DNA of 64,000 bases, from positions 9,571-73,570 of the forward strand of contig JAVYVJ010000003.1 of assembly GCA_038727705.1 (NCBI GenBank), given 5' to 3'. Below are positions 55,263 through 64,000 of this stretch, piece by piece (position 1 is the stretch's first letter; every line of letters begins with the position of its first letter). Source of the stretch: Zestosphaera sp. (GTDB lineage: Archaea; Thermoproteota; Thermoprotei_A; Sulfolobales; NBVN01). The position numbers and the translations under genes were made by a program. Below the pieces are notes generated by a model. That model saw only the letters and a program-made list of their open reading frames with translations, did no database searches and was not told the DNA's origin.

Positions 55263-56291
55263 TTGGGCAGACCTTTAAGGTTGATTCTCTACGGAATTGG
55301 CCCTATAGGGGCTCTCGTAGTCAGGCTCGCTAGCTCGAGAAAGGGGTTAGAGTTTGTAGGCGGTGTTGACGTGGATCCGGCTAAGGTCGGTGAGGACTTA
55401 GGGGTTGCAGCCGGTCTGGGCAGGAGTTTAGGCGTTAAGGTGGTACATGACGCCCAGTCCTGGGATCTCCTGAAGAATGTTAAGCCCGACTTCGTGGTCA
55501 TAACCACCGGCACCTACCTCGACAGAATCTACACCCAAGTCGTTAAGTCGATATCTGTTGGTGCTAATGTAGTGTCGACCTCGGAGACTCTGGCATACCC
55601 CTGGTACAGATATCCTGAGCTCTCATTACTCATTGACGAACTGGCTAAGAAGAACGGCGTCAGAGTCCTTGGCACCGGCGTTAATCCTGGATTCGTGTTT
55701 GACACCGTTCCAGCCGTCTTGTCGTCGGTTAGCGCTAGAGTAGATAGAATTCACGTGGTCAGGTCTCAGGACGCATCTAAGAGAAGGTACTCATTCCAGA
55801 AGAAGTACGGGCTATCATTAACTCCTGAAGAGTTTAGGGTGAAGGTCTCCTCGGGTGAGATAACGGCGCATGTGGGTTACGCGGAGTCCGTGATGTTGCT
55901 CGCCAGCATGCTGGGGGTCTGCGTAGATAGGGTTGAGGAGGGTCAGGAACCCATAATCGCTGACAAATACATGGAGACCCAATACTTCAAGATAGAGCCC
56001 GGTAGAGTCTCAGGGATACATGGTTGGGGTATTGGATACGTCGGCGGCAGGGAATTCATAAGGCTCGACCTGCTTGCTTCAGTAGGTAGGGAGGACTACG
56101 ACGAGGTGGTGTTGGAGGGCGAGCCAACAATGCGTTGGAGGAGTGTGTTAGGGACGCCTGGCGACATAGCGACAGCTTCGATAGTTCTTAACGTCATTCC
56201 GAGGATGATGCAGGCACCGCCAGGGCTTCTGACCATGAAGGACATCATGACCCCATCAGCGTTCCTGGGTGATTATGAGTGCCAAACCTAG
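55263..56291 (+). CDS. NAD(P)-dependent amine dehydrogenase family protein (DapB N-terminal-like; 2,4-diaminopentanoate dehydrogenase-like)
   Basis: 342 aa. LILYGIGPIG Rossmann start, GTGVNPGFVFD and PGDIATASIVLNVIP motifs. TTG start. Confidence 0.65.
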   Translation: MGRPLRLILYGIGPIGALVVRLASSRKGLEFVGGVDVDPAKVGEDLGVAAGLGRSLGVKVVHDAQSWDLLKNVKPDFVVITTGTYLDRIYTQVVKSISVGANVVSTSETLAYPWYRYPELSLLIDELAKKNGVRVLGTGVNPGFVFDTVPAVLSSVSARVDRIHVVRSQDASKRRYSFQKKYGLSLTPEEFRVKVSSGEITAHVGYAESVMLLASMLGVCVDRVEEGQEPIIADKYMETQYFKIEPGRVSGIHGWGIGYVGGREFIRLDLLASVGREDYDEVVLEGEPTMRWRSVLGTPGDIATASIVLNVIPRMMQAPPGLLTMKDIMTPSAFLGDYECQT

Positions 56292-57595
56292 GAGGCCACG
56301 ATAACTCGAGGAAACTGTATGAGAGGGCAAGGAAATTCCTGCCGGGCGGCGTTGCGTACAGTCTGAGGTACTTTACACCCCATCCGATATACGTCACCAG
56401 AGCTAAAGGATCTAGAGTGTGGGACGTTGACGGTAACGAGTACGTGGACTTCTGGATGGGACACGGCGCCGTAGTGACGGGGTTTGGGTACGAGCCGATA
56501 CTGGAGGCCGTGAGGGAGCAGCTGGAGTTGGGAACTCACCTCGGCTGGTGTAATGAGTGGGAGGTCAAGTGGGCTGAGGCAGTTACACAGTGGTTCGACA
56601 TGGACCTGGTGAGACCGACTAACTCAGGTACTGAGGCAAACATGTACGCAGTCAGATTGTCCAGAGCCTACACTAGGAGGGTTAAGGTCGGTAAGTTCTT
56701 GGGCGGGTGGCACGGCGGCTACCCAGAGCTACATGTAGGGGTTAACTACCCTTATGACAAACCATCCTCAATCGACATGCAGTACTTCGACACGAGCAAG
56801 ACAGTAGTACTTCCCTACAACGACTTGGACAGAACGAGGGCGATAGTTAAGGAGGAGAAGCCCGCTGCAGTTATTGTGGAGCCTGTGGTCGGCGTTGCCG
56901 GCTGCATTCCAGCTGAGAGGGACTTCCTTAAAGGGTTACGTGAGCTAGCCGATGAGGAGGGCTTCCTCCTCATCTTTGATGAGGTCATCACCGGCTTCAG
57001 ATTCTATAAAGGAGCCCAGCATTACTATGGAGTCAGACCTGACTTAATAACTACTGGTAAGGCCGTCGGCGGTCAGTACTTCGCTGGCGCGGGGGCCATA
57101 GTAGGGCGTTCAGAGTACATGGAACTACTAGATCAGACAAAACACCCCAAGTTCTGGGAGAGAGCCTTCCACGGAGGAACCTTCGTTGGGAATCCACTGA
57201 CCATGAGGGCCGGCTACACCTTAATATCCGAGTTACTCAAGGCTGGCGAGTCTTTCTACGAGAGACTCGACTCCCTGGGTAGAAGGTTGAGCGACTACAT
57301 CAGAGACTCTATAGAGCGTAGCGGTCTCCAAGGACACGTGACGGGACTTGGATCTATGATCGGAATCCACTTCACTAAAGAGTTGCCTACAGATCCCTTG
57401 AAGAGTGAGGCAACCAAAAATGTCAGGGCTTGCGGGGCTCTCTTCAAACACATGGTCAGCAGAGGCGTGCTCTACACCTCACCCGCAAAGCCTCACCTCT
57501 TCCTCTCAGCAGCTCACACATATGAGGACTTAAGTAAGTTCGCTGAGGAGTTCGACGTGTTTGTACGTGAGAGCAGAGACCTCTTTGCATACTGA
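56279..57595 (+). CDS. Class III PLP aminotransferase/aminomutase (glutamate-1-semialdehyde 2,1-aminomutase-like)
   Basis: 438 aa. LIFDEVITGFR and TTGKAVGG (PLP Lys) motifs. GTG start overlapping the upstream gene by 13 nt. Confidence 0.8.
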   Translation: MPNLGGHDNSRKLYERARKFLPGGVAYSLRYFTPHPIYVTRAKGSRVWDVDGNEYVDFWMGHGAVVTGFGYEPILEAVREQLELGTHLGWCNEWEVKWAEAVTQWFDMDLVRPTNSGTEANMYAVRLSRAYTRRVKVGKFLGGWHGGYPELHVGVNYPYDKPSSIDMQYFDTSKTVVLPYNDLDRTRAIVKEEKPAAVIVEPVVGVAGCIPAERDFLKGLRELADEEGFLLIFDEVITGFRFYKGAQHYYGVRPDLITTGKAVGGQYFAGAGAIVGRSEYMELLDQTKHPKFWERAFHGGTFVGNPLTMRAGYTLISELLKAGESFYERLDSLGRRLSDYIRDSIERSGLQGHVTGLGSMIGIHFTKELPTDPLKSEATKNVRACGALFKHMVSRGVLYTSPAKPHLFLSAAHTYEDLSKFAEEFDVFVRESRDLFAY

Positions 57596-57757
57596 AAGTG
57601 AGGATTAACCATATTAGAGTAAAAGCACCCCACATATGTTCAAATGTAACCACATGAATAAATACATGTTCTTTAGCTCATTTCTTTATTGTAGTGCCAC
57701 TTGGATTCATTAAAGCTTAATAGTCATGCGTCCCCTTAACCTCGGTCAGAGGCAAAG

Positions 57758-58807
57758 ATGAAGGAATATCCGTTCGTGCTGGGCGAGTTGAGGAGTCTTG
57801 ACGTTAGCCGTAGAGGTCTCCACGAACTGCTGTTGAGGATGGGTGATACGGCGTTTCAGGGAAGGGCTTTAGGCGAGGCGTATAAGGCGCTTCTAGATAT
57901 GTTTAAGGACGAAGGTCTTACAATATTCCTCGGACTTGCAGGCTCCATGAGCACAGCCGGAATGTGGAAGATCATTAAGTGGTTAGTTGAGGAGAGGTAC
58001 ATTGATGTAGTCGTGTCAACCGGTGCAATAATAAGTGAGGACATATTCGAGGCCATGGGCTTCAAATATTTGAAGACACACCCATGCGTCAACGACTACG
58101 AGTTACTTAAGTACAAGTTCGACAGATTCTACGATACGGTAGCGAGCGAACTGGAGTACAGAAAGATGGAGGGACTTATCAGGGAGTTTGTCGAGGGCCT
58201 GCCCAACGGGTCCACGTACTCCTCGGCAGAGTTCCTCCACCTGTTCGGGAAATTCCTGAATGAGCGGGGCATCGACTCAATAGTTGCGGCAGCCTACAGA
58301 GCCGGTGTTCCCGTCTTCTCACCAGCTCTAGTTGACAGCGGCTACGGCATGGCGACGCTCCTGCCATACCGTAGAGGGCACAGAATAGCTATAGACATGG
58401 TTAAGGACTTCTACCAGATAGTTGAGGTCGGAAGGCTCTCAAGCAGGCTTGCCGCAATCTACGTAGGCGGCGGCGTGCCTAAGGATTACGTTAACCTCGT
58501 CACGGTGGCGCAGACTTTAATAGCTGAGGAGGAAGGCCTCCACGACTATTACAAACCACTCGAGTACGTTGTTCAGTTCACTACCGACGCCCCTCAGTGG
58601 GGTGGCTTAAGCGGGGCCACTCTCGAGGAGGCGGTCAGCTGGGGTAAAGTAGCGCCGGAGGCTGGGAAGAGGGTAGTGTACGTGGACGCGACGATAGCCT
58701 TGCCGATAGTCACTCATGCGCTAGTGGAAGGCAATGTTAGAAGGACTTACAGATTCGATTCCTCGTTCCTGTTTAACGAGACGGATAGGGGTGATGTAGA
58801 TGGCTGA
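57758..58807 (+). CDS. dys: Deoxyhypusine synthase
   Basis: 349 aa. [14 protein letters not shown]...IDVVVSTGA and EEAVSWGKV (catalytic Lys context). Confidence 0.85.
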   Translation: MKEYPFVLGELRSLDVSRRGLHELLLRMGDTAFQGRALGEAYKALLDMFKDEGLTIFLGLAGSMSTAGMWKIIKWLVEERYIDVVVSTGAIISEDIFEAMGFKYLKTHPCVNDYELLKYKFDRFYDTVASELEYRKMEGLIREFVEGLPNGSTYSSAEFLHLFGKFLNERGIDSIVAAAYRAGVPVFSPALVDSGYGMATLLPYRRGHRIAIDMVKDFYQIVEVGRLSSRLAAIYVGGGVPKDYVNLVTVAQTLIAEEEGLHDYYKPLEYVVQFTTDAPQWGGLSGATLEEAVSWGKVAPEAGKRVVYVDATIALPIVTHALVEGNVRRTYRFDSSFLFNETDRGDVDG

Positions 58808-59198
58808 GGGCAAGGATTTCATAGTTGGTAAGCACTACTACGCCAACCTCTACGACATAGACGTTCGTGCTGCTACCGACGAGGAGGCACTGAGGAATGT
58901 AGTGATCGAGGCAGCCAGAGCCTCCAACATGAAGTTGGTTGAGGTTAAGTCCTGGAGCTTCGGTGGTAAGAAGGGCGGGGTTTCCGTCATTGCGCTGGTT
59001 GAGGAGTCCCACATAGCCGTCCACACGTGGATGGAGTATGCGTACGCTACTGTGGACGTCTATACGTGCGGAGATCAGAGCGACCCACTTAAGGGGATCG
59101 AACTAATAATAGGATATTTAAAGCCGAGGAAATATAAGCTGGCCTACGCGGACAGGTCTCAGAGCGTTGAGGAGCCTCTAGTAGTGTCTGTGTCTTAA
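58800..59198 (+). CDS. Pyruvoyl-dependent decarboxylase of the SpeH family (paralog 2; SAM or arginine decarboxylase)
   Basis: 132 aa. [13 protein letters not shown] cleavage motif and VDVYTCG. Overlaps dys by 8 nt. Confidence 0.8.
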   Translation: MAEGKDFIVGKHYYANLYDIDVRAATDEEALRNVVIEAARASNMKLVEVKSWSFGGKKGGVSVIALVEESHIAVHTWMEYAYATVDVYTCGDQSDPLKGIELIIGYLKPRKYKLAYADRSQSVEEPLVVSVS

Positions 59199-59900
59199 GG
59201 TCGTTAACCGGAGTCCGTTATTTTTAACGAAGTCCCAGACGTCGTCCGAAGCCTCGACTGCTACAACGCCGTAGACGTTTACTTTAGCCCTGCTCAATGC
59301 CTCCAAAACGCTTCTGAGCTTGTTTAACTCGTCCAGCGTGACATCAATGAGTAGGGACGTTGGCTTCTCCTTCAAACAGCTCCTGGGCATTGCCATGAAG
59401 TTAACTCCCTCAGTATTGGCGTAGTAGGCCACCACATAACCCTTCTTATCGTGGATGGGATCCTCTGTGAACGGGCACAAGATGCTGGGGAGCTCCGTCG
59501 CGAGATAACTGCCTAGAATCATCGCGATATTCGATACGGGGATCACTAGGTCTATCTTGGCATTACCCACGAAGGATTCCGCGACATAAGAGAACAGCTT
59601 GAGGAAGCCGGGCTTGCTCAACACTTTCACCGGGTTCTCTCTAAACTCTCTAAGTGACTCATCAATTAATCTGTCGATTACCCTTAACTCGTCAACCTTC
59701 GAGATTATCTTGGCTACGGTCTTCTCTTCAGGCACGATCATCAGATTCACGTACTTCCATATGGTCTGGGCTGGCAGGTCAAGCATTTTCTCGATGTCTC
59801 TCAGGCTGTAGTAGTGCTTCATTATATTGAGTACCTTAAAGACGTAGGCCTTACCGATATCCCTATGTACTCTCCTACCCTTCCCAAGAGATTCTATCAC
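59178..59900 (-). CDS. Putative transcriptional regulator: N-terminal HTH plus C-terminal degenerate phosphoribosyltransferase-like domain
   Basis: 240 aa. [25 protein letters not shown]-like segment. The C-terminal part resembles the PRTase fold (LLIDVTLDE) but lacks a clean PRPP loop. Confidence 0.4.
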   Translation of the reverse strand: MIESLGKGRRVHRDIGKAYVFKVLNIMKHYYSLRDIEKMLDLPAQTIWKYVNLMIVPEEKTVAKIISKVDELRVIDRLIDESLREFRENPVKVLSKPGFLKLFSYVAESFVGNAKIDLVIPVSNIAMILGSYLATELPSILCPFTEDPIHDKKGYVVAYYANTEGVNFMAMPRSCLKEKPTSLLIDVTLDELNKLRSVLEALSRAKVNVYGVVAVEASDDVWDFVKNNGLRLTTLRHRHY

Positions 59901-60066
59901 TTCACATCAATAGAGTTCTGCGTTCAAGGTAAATAAAAACATAGCACTAGATAAACTACTCAGGGTTGCTATATATTTGGAGTTTTTGCTAACCGATTAT
60001 TTGAGCAGTTGAAAATCTCTTCAACATTTATAAGTATTCTAAAATACATATATATGGTGTCACTCC

Positions 60067-61296
60067 TTGTCCAAGGCTGGTGCGAGGTACGGACTTCTAG
60101 TAGCCATAGCAATAGGCTTCATACTCGGCATATCCATCGGCTGGCTCGTGTCCGTTGCCACCCCTTCGCAGGTTCAGAAGGACGTTAGCACCTGGCTCAA
60201 GGCATTCGGTGATATATTCGTCAGGATGATCAGGATAGTCATACCTCCGCTGATATTCTTCACCATAGCTGCCGCGACTTCCTCCATAGCTGATGCCAGG
60301 AGGCTCGGCCGGATACTGATATACATGATGGCCCTGTATATAGTGACAACAATAATAGCTGCGATATGGGGGATTATAGGAGCTTCGGTAGTGATGCCTG
60401 GGGCTGGCTTAAATCTCACCGTCAAATACACGCCGCCCACACCGCCTACAGGAGTCGATATACTGCTCTCGTTCTTCCAGACGGACTTCAACGCGTTGCT
60501 GGCGGTAGGCGGCGCAATGACCATGATAATATTCGCGATCATCCTGGGACTGGCTGTGACGTTCTTGGGTGAGGAGGGTAGGAAGGCGGCTAACCTCCTG
60601 TCACTTGGGTCTAAGACCATGATAGGGTTTGTGAGAATTATCATGTACTACGCACCGGTCGCTGTCTTCGCCTACGCGGCCTGGCTCATGATACAATACG
60701 GCCCTCAGATGCTTGGAGCCTACGCTAAGTTCCTCGGCACTCAGTATGCTTTAACGATCTTCCACTTCCTGGTGGTATATTCAGTGGTAGTGTGGCTAGG
60801 CGGACTTAACCCGGTGAAGTACTTCAAGGCCCAGATATACCCGTTCATAATAGCCTTCACAACCAGGTCCTCAGCAGTCACATTACCGGCCAACATGGAA
60901 GCTGCTAAGAGAATGGGTGTGCCGGAAGAGGTTTTCGGTGTGACGCTACCCATAGGGGCCACTGTCAACATGGATGGAACAGCCCTCTATCAAGCTATGA
61001 GTGCCCTATTCATAGCTCAGCTGTTCAATATACCTCTTACACCATATCATTACGGGCTACTAGTATTCGCGGCCCTGGTAGGCTCAATAGCTACTGCAGC
61101 CATACCCGGAGGTGGCACGATAATGTTGGCGTACGTGTTAGCCGTGATGGGGCTACCTCTAGAGGGTATCGGCATAATGTTAGTTATCGACACTATAGCA
61201 GATGCCATAAGAACTGCCATCAACGTGTCAGGCGATAATGCGTGCACGGTCCTGATAACTAAAATCCTGGGTTATAAACTACAACCTCAAGTCTAA
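60067..61296 (+). CDS. Dicarboxylate/amino acid:cation symporter (DAACS, GltP/GltPh-like)
   Basis: 409 aa. SSAVTLP (HP1) and NMDGTALYQ motifs. TTG start. Confidence 0.85.
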   Translation: MSKAGARYGLLVAIAIGFILGISIGWLVSVATPSQVQKDVSTWLKAFGDIFVRMIRIVIPPLIFFTIAAATSSIADARRLGRILIYMMALYIVTTIIAAIWGIIGASVVMPGAGLNLTVKYTPPTPPTGVDILLSFFQTDFNALLAVGGAMTMIIFAIILGLAVTFLGEEGRKAANLLSLGSKTMIGFVRIIMYYAPVAVFAYAAWLMIQYGPQMLGAYAKFLGTQYALTIFHFLVVYSVVVWLGGLNPVKYFKAQIYPFIIAFTTRSSAVTLPANMEAAKRMGVPEEVFGVTLPIGATVNMDGTALYQAMSALFIAQLFNIPLTPYHYGLLVFAALVGSIATAAIPGGGTIMLAYVLAVMGLPLEGIGIMLVIDTIADAIRTAINVSGDNACTVLITKILGYKLQPQV

Positions 61297-61468
61297 GTAT
61301 ACGGATATTTTTCCACTACACTGAGCAATCATGCTCTTCATCAATTTTCTTTCACAGTAAGCTATCACTGCACCAAATTAGTGGATGATGTGCTTTGAGT
61401 GTGTGACGCAGTCACCTCTGCATTACAGTATTAAATACGGATAACATATTAGATTGTAGGGATTTAGC

Positions 61469-61810
61469 TTGAGCTTAGCGAAAGTTGGTGAACCGAGGGA
61501 GCTTAAGCACATGATCAAGGAACTCAACAAGGTTCTGGGGGATGATAGAGGTAAGGGCGTCTTGTTATACAATAAACTGCCTCAGTACCTCTGGAGTGCA
61601 TGGGGTAATGAATTGAAGAAATTAGGTGTTGATTGGAGGGAGTTCTTAAGCATCATCAGCAGACACTCAGACCTAATAGCTGACTGGGCGGTTGGTGAAA
61701 AGCTGACGTGGGAGGAGCTCCTCAGCAAACTTAATGAGTCTATACAGACACACAGCAAGGCTAAGGCTGGGAGGGGGGTGAGTCTTGATGCATTTGTTAA
61801 GAAGACTTAA
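61469..61810 (+). CDS. Hypothetical protein (113 aa)
   Basis: ORF with coding-like composition. TATA attaaatac about 35 nt upstream. No recognisable family. Confidence 0.45.
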   Translation: MSLAKVGEPRELKHMIKELNKVLGDDRGKGVLLYNKLPQYLWSAWGNELKKLGVDWREFLSIISRHSDLIADWAVGEKLTWEELLSKLNESIQTHSKAKAGRGVSLDAFVKKT

Positions 61811-61841
61811 TACTGAGGAACGCTAAATCATTGTTGGTTTA

Positions 61842-61890
61842 GTGATGAGGAGAATACAGCCTGAGCGGTGAGGTCGTGGCGGCTGTCTGA
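61842..61890 (+). ncRNA. C/D box sRNA (2'-O-methylation guide)
   Basis: C GTGATGA (61842-48), 12-nt guide GGAGAATACAGC, D' CTGA (61861-64), 3-nt spacer, C' GTGAGGT (61868-74), 12-nt guide CGTGGCGGCTGT, D CTGA (61887-90). This is the canonical archaeal 12-nt spacing, and it is intergenic. Confidence 0.7.
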
Positions 61891-62049
61891 GTAATCCGTT
61901 GAAGCCCTCAAAACGGGCTTCTAAACACGTTTAACAACCGGCAGCCCCTGCCCCAAAGGTGGGCGAGGTCGGGTGAGTCACCCTAAGACTCTGGAGGGTT
62001 AAAGTGTTGGATAACCGGAACACCTGACTTTAAAGGTAGAGCGGAGAGT

Positions 62050-62679
62050 TTGTTATACGGAGTGAGCGAAGTGATCGACTGGCTGCTAATGCTGCTCGTT
62101 ATGTACGTTAAGATAGTTGCCATACTTGATCCGTTCGCCGCCGTGCCTGTATTCATAACTCTCACCGAGGGTTTTGAGGAGAGGAAGAAGAGGGAGATTG
62201 TGTGGAAGGCTTTCGCAGCTATGAGTATAATGGTTGTGATCTTCGCCGTCTCAGGTATATGGATCCTCAACTTCTTCGGGATTTCCCTGGCCTCGTTAAG
62301 GGTTGGTGGTGGTGCTATATTGCTGGTCCTGTCGTTTGACATACTTGGCGAAGCACCAAGATCCAAGAAACTGGATCCTGAGGAGATAGCCGTGATGCCT
62401 GTAGCAACCCCTCTGCTTGTGGGTCCCGGGACTATGACCACTATAATACTGCTGGTAACCGAGCACAGCACGATAGATGGTTACCTAGCAGTGATTACAG
62501 CGTCACTGTTGGCTGTTGCGACATCAGCTCTGATGCTCAGGTACTCCTCGCTCATAGTGGCTAAGTTAAGCAGGTCTTTCGTCAGAGGGCTGGGCAGATT
62601 CATGTCCATAATAATAGCCGCGATGGCCTTCGAGATGATTAAGAACGGCGTTGTTGAGTGGATTCAAATGCTGAGGTGA
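62050..62679 (+). CDS. MarC-family (UPF0056) integral membrane protein
   Basis: About 205 aa with 6 TM segments. The N-terminal ILDPFAAVPVF pattern is typical of MarC. The start is ambiguous (TTG 62050 or a later GTG). Confidence 0.7.
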   Translation: MLYGVSEVIDWLLMLLVMYVKIVAILDPFAAVPVFITLTEGFEERKKREIVWKAFAAMSIMVVIFAVSGIWILNFFGISLASLRVGGGAILLVLSFDILGEAPRSKKLDPEEIAVMPVATPLLVGPGTMTTIILLVTEHSTIDGYLAVITASLLAVATSALMLRYSSLIVAKLSRSFVRGLGRFMSIIIAAMAFEMIKNGVVEWIQMLR

Positions 62680-62710
62680 CTGACTATCCACATTAGGGAT
62701 GACGTTACAT

Positions 62711-63754
62711 TTATCTAGAGTTACTGCACATTCCTCTCAAAGGTATTTTATACCCGCAACGGGGACACCTATACGTGCCTCCCTCCCTAACCAAGCTAAA
62801 CCCTGTAACGCTGTAGTTATAGCGCTCCACGAGGATCTTCCCGCACTTAGGACATTTAGTGGTCTCCAACTCACGTATTCCCACGTTACCAACGTACACG
62901 TACTCAATGCCCTCTTTCCTGGCTCTAGCATAAATATCAAGCAACTTCCTCAGCTGGGTTGCCTCCTCCCTCCACTTATGGGCCGGATAGTATCTGTTTA
63001 TGTGGAGCGGCACCTCAGGCCCCAGCTTGGAGAGATGGTTATCTATTATCCACTCTGAGCACTCGTCGTAATCGTTCGTGCGCGTCACGACCAGGTACAC
63101 CATCTCTGCATGCCCGCCTAAGTCAAGGACCCTCCTCGCATTTCTGAAGACCTTCGAGTGATCTATGTTGGGCAACGCCCTCCTCATCCCCGGACATCCC
63201 TTTATGTCCACACTCCAGCCGTCAAACCCTACCTCAACTAACTCGTCCAGCGCCTCCGGAGTCTGGTAACCATTAGTCACTATAGATAGGTAAAGCTCTT
63301 CAGAACGCGCTATGTCTGCGACGTCGATTAAATACTCGTAGTTAACTGTAGGTTCGTTGAAGCTGGCTGAAAGCCCCTTATCGCCAGATATCCTAGCTAA
63401 CTTAACTAGATGGGCGGGATCCATCAACGGTACATCACTTCCAGGGTCTCTGAAGCTCAGGAAATGATTCTGGCACCAGGGGCAGTAGAAGTTACATCCG
63501 AATGTCGAGAAGGTTAAGGCAGTGCTGTTAGGCCAGTAATGGTAGAGGGGTTTTACCTCTATAGGCCTGCTCTCCGCAGCACTTAGCCTCCCGTAACCCA
63601 GTGAGTATAGCCTGCCGCCGATATTCATGTAGTTCCTGCAAAGACCCCTCACACCAGTCCTCAGGCGACATCTCCTCTCACACACCAGACATTCAAGGGA
63701 GCCATCTGCCTGAGGCCTGTGGAGTCTAGCCTCATGAATGAGGGCGTTGATCAA
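62711..63754 (-). CDS. AmmeMemoRadiSam-system radical SAM enzyme (PflA-like activase family)
   Basis: 347 aa. N-terminal CLVCERRC zinc-ribbon-like motif, GCNFYCPWCQN radical SAM motif and C-terminal CPKC...CPRC. Confidence 0.75.
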   Translation of the reverse strand: MINALIHEARLHRPQADGSLECLVCERRCRLRTGVRGLCRNYMNIGGRLYSLGYGRLSAAESRPIEVKPLYHYWPNSTALTFSTFGCNFYCPWCQNHFLSFRDPGSDVPLMDPAHLVKLARISGDKGLSASFNEPTVNYEYLIDVADIARSEELYLSIVTNGYQTPEALDELVEVGFDGWSVDIKGCPGMRRALPNIDHSKVFRNARRVLDLGGHAEMVYLVVTRTNDYDECSEWIIDNHLSKLGPEVPLHINRYYPAHKWREEATQLRKLLDIYARARKEGIEYVYVGNVGIRELETTKCPKCGKILVERYNYSVTGFSLVREGGTYRCPRCGYKIPLRGMCSNSR

Positions 63755-63883
63755 GGGTCCTCAGCTCAAGACTTGAGTCGCTTCACCGGTAATTATGCTT
63801 TCTCCTGGGTGAGTGATCCGCACTCAATAAGATTCACTTTTATTTAAATACCTCCTCGTTATATACATTGGTGGGACATCGGC

Positions 63884-64000
63884 TTGATTGACCCGGACGC
63901 GGCTGTTAAGGAGGCAGTTCTCGAAGTAGCCAAGTTGATGGCCCTGGCGGCCAGGACAGCGCCCAAAGCTAGAGGCATCAACAACGTGGAGGTCAAAATA
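63884..64000 (+). CDS. DUF2148-like protein, N-terminal 39 codons (continues beyond the window)
   Basis: Own translation from TTG 63884: (M)IDPDAAVKEAVLEVAKLMALAARTAPKARGINNVEVKI, open to the window end. TATA tatttaaata about 35 nt upstream. Confidence 0.5.
   Translation, partial: MIDPDAAVKEAVLEVAKLMALAARTAPKARGINNVEVKI

Noticed and set aside
1-64000. Search for CRISPR arrays, IS elements, integrases, toxin-antitoxin pairs and known defence-system genes
   Set aside because: I saw no regularly spaced direct repeats, transposase or integrase-like ORFs, or nuclease/ATPase defence signatures. The window looks like core metabolism and housekeeping.

Overview
This window reads as a gene-dense, mostly core chromosomal region of a hyperthermophilic crenarchaeote (Thermoprotei-like). 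Supporting markers are ribosomal protein eS26, archaeal-type ProRS, DGGGP synthase, form III RuBisCO, deoxyhypusine synthase, two tungsten-type aldehyde:ferredoxin oxidoreductases, a full-length type-A-like RNase P RNA, C/D box sRNAs, and TATA boxes about 25-40 nt upstream of start codons. I call about 65 protein genes, 3 ncRNAs, one fragmented surface-protein gene and a few cis elements. I saw no CRISPR array, transposase, integrase, rRNA or convincing tRNA. The most interesting signals are as follows. (1) Two adjacent minus-strand operons carry a nearly identical 16-nt box directly upstream of their TATA elements. One encodes a Na+/solute symporter plus a two-subunit class I fumarase-type hydratase. 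The other encodes a PrpB/ICL-type lyase plus a LeuCD-type hydro-lyase plus an orphan ORF. A divergent HTH_10 regulator sits next to the second box, which suggests an uncharacterised carboxylate-catabolic regulon. (2) A tight operon links a DUF1464/ASKHA-fold protein, form III RuBisCO and NikR. (3) A translationally coupled amine-dehydrogenase-like gene and GSA-aminomutase-like gene sit next to a deoxyhypusine synthase plus pyruvoyl-decarboxylase operon. (4) A fused GltD-like flavoprotein/polyferredoxin lies beside AOR and cmo. Smaller observations are two canonical C/D box sRNAs, homopolymer frameshifts in a surface-protein gene, an in-frame TGA at the 5' end of an aldo/keto reductase, and a MoaD-like protein with a tail after its GG motif. 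All functional calls rest on motif recognition by eye; no database search was run.
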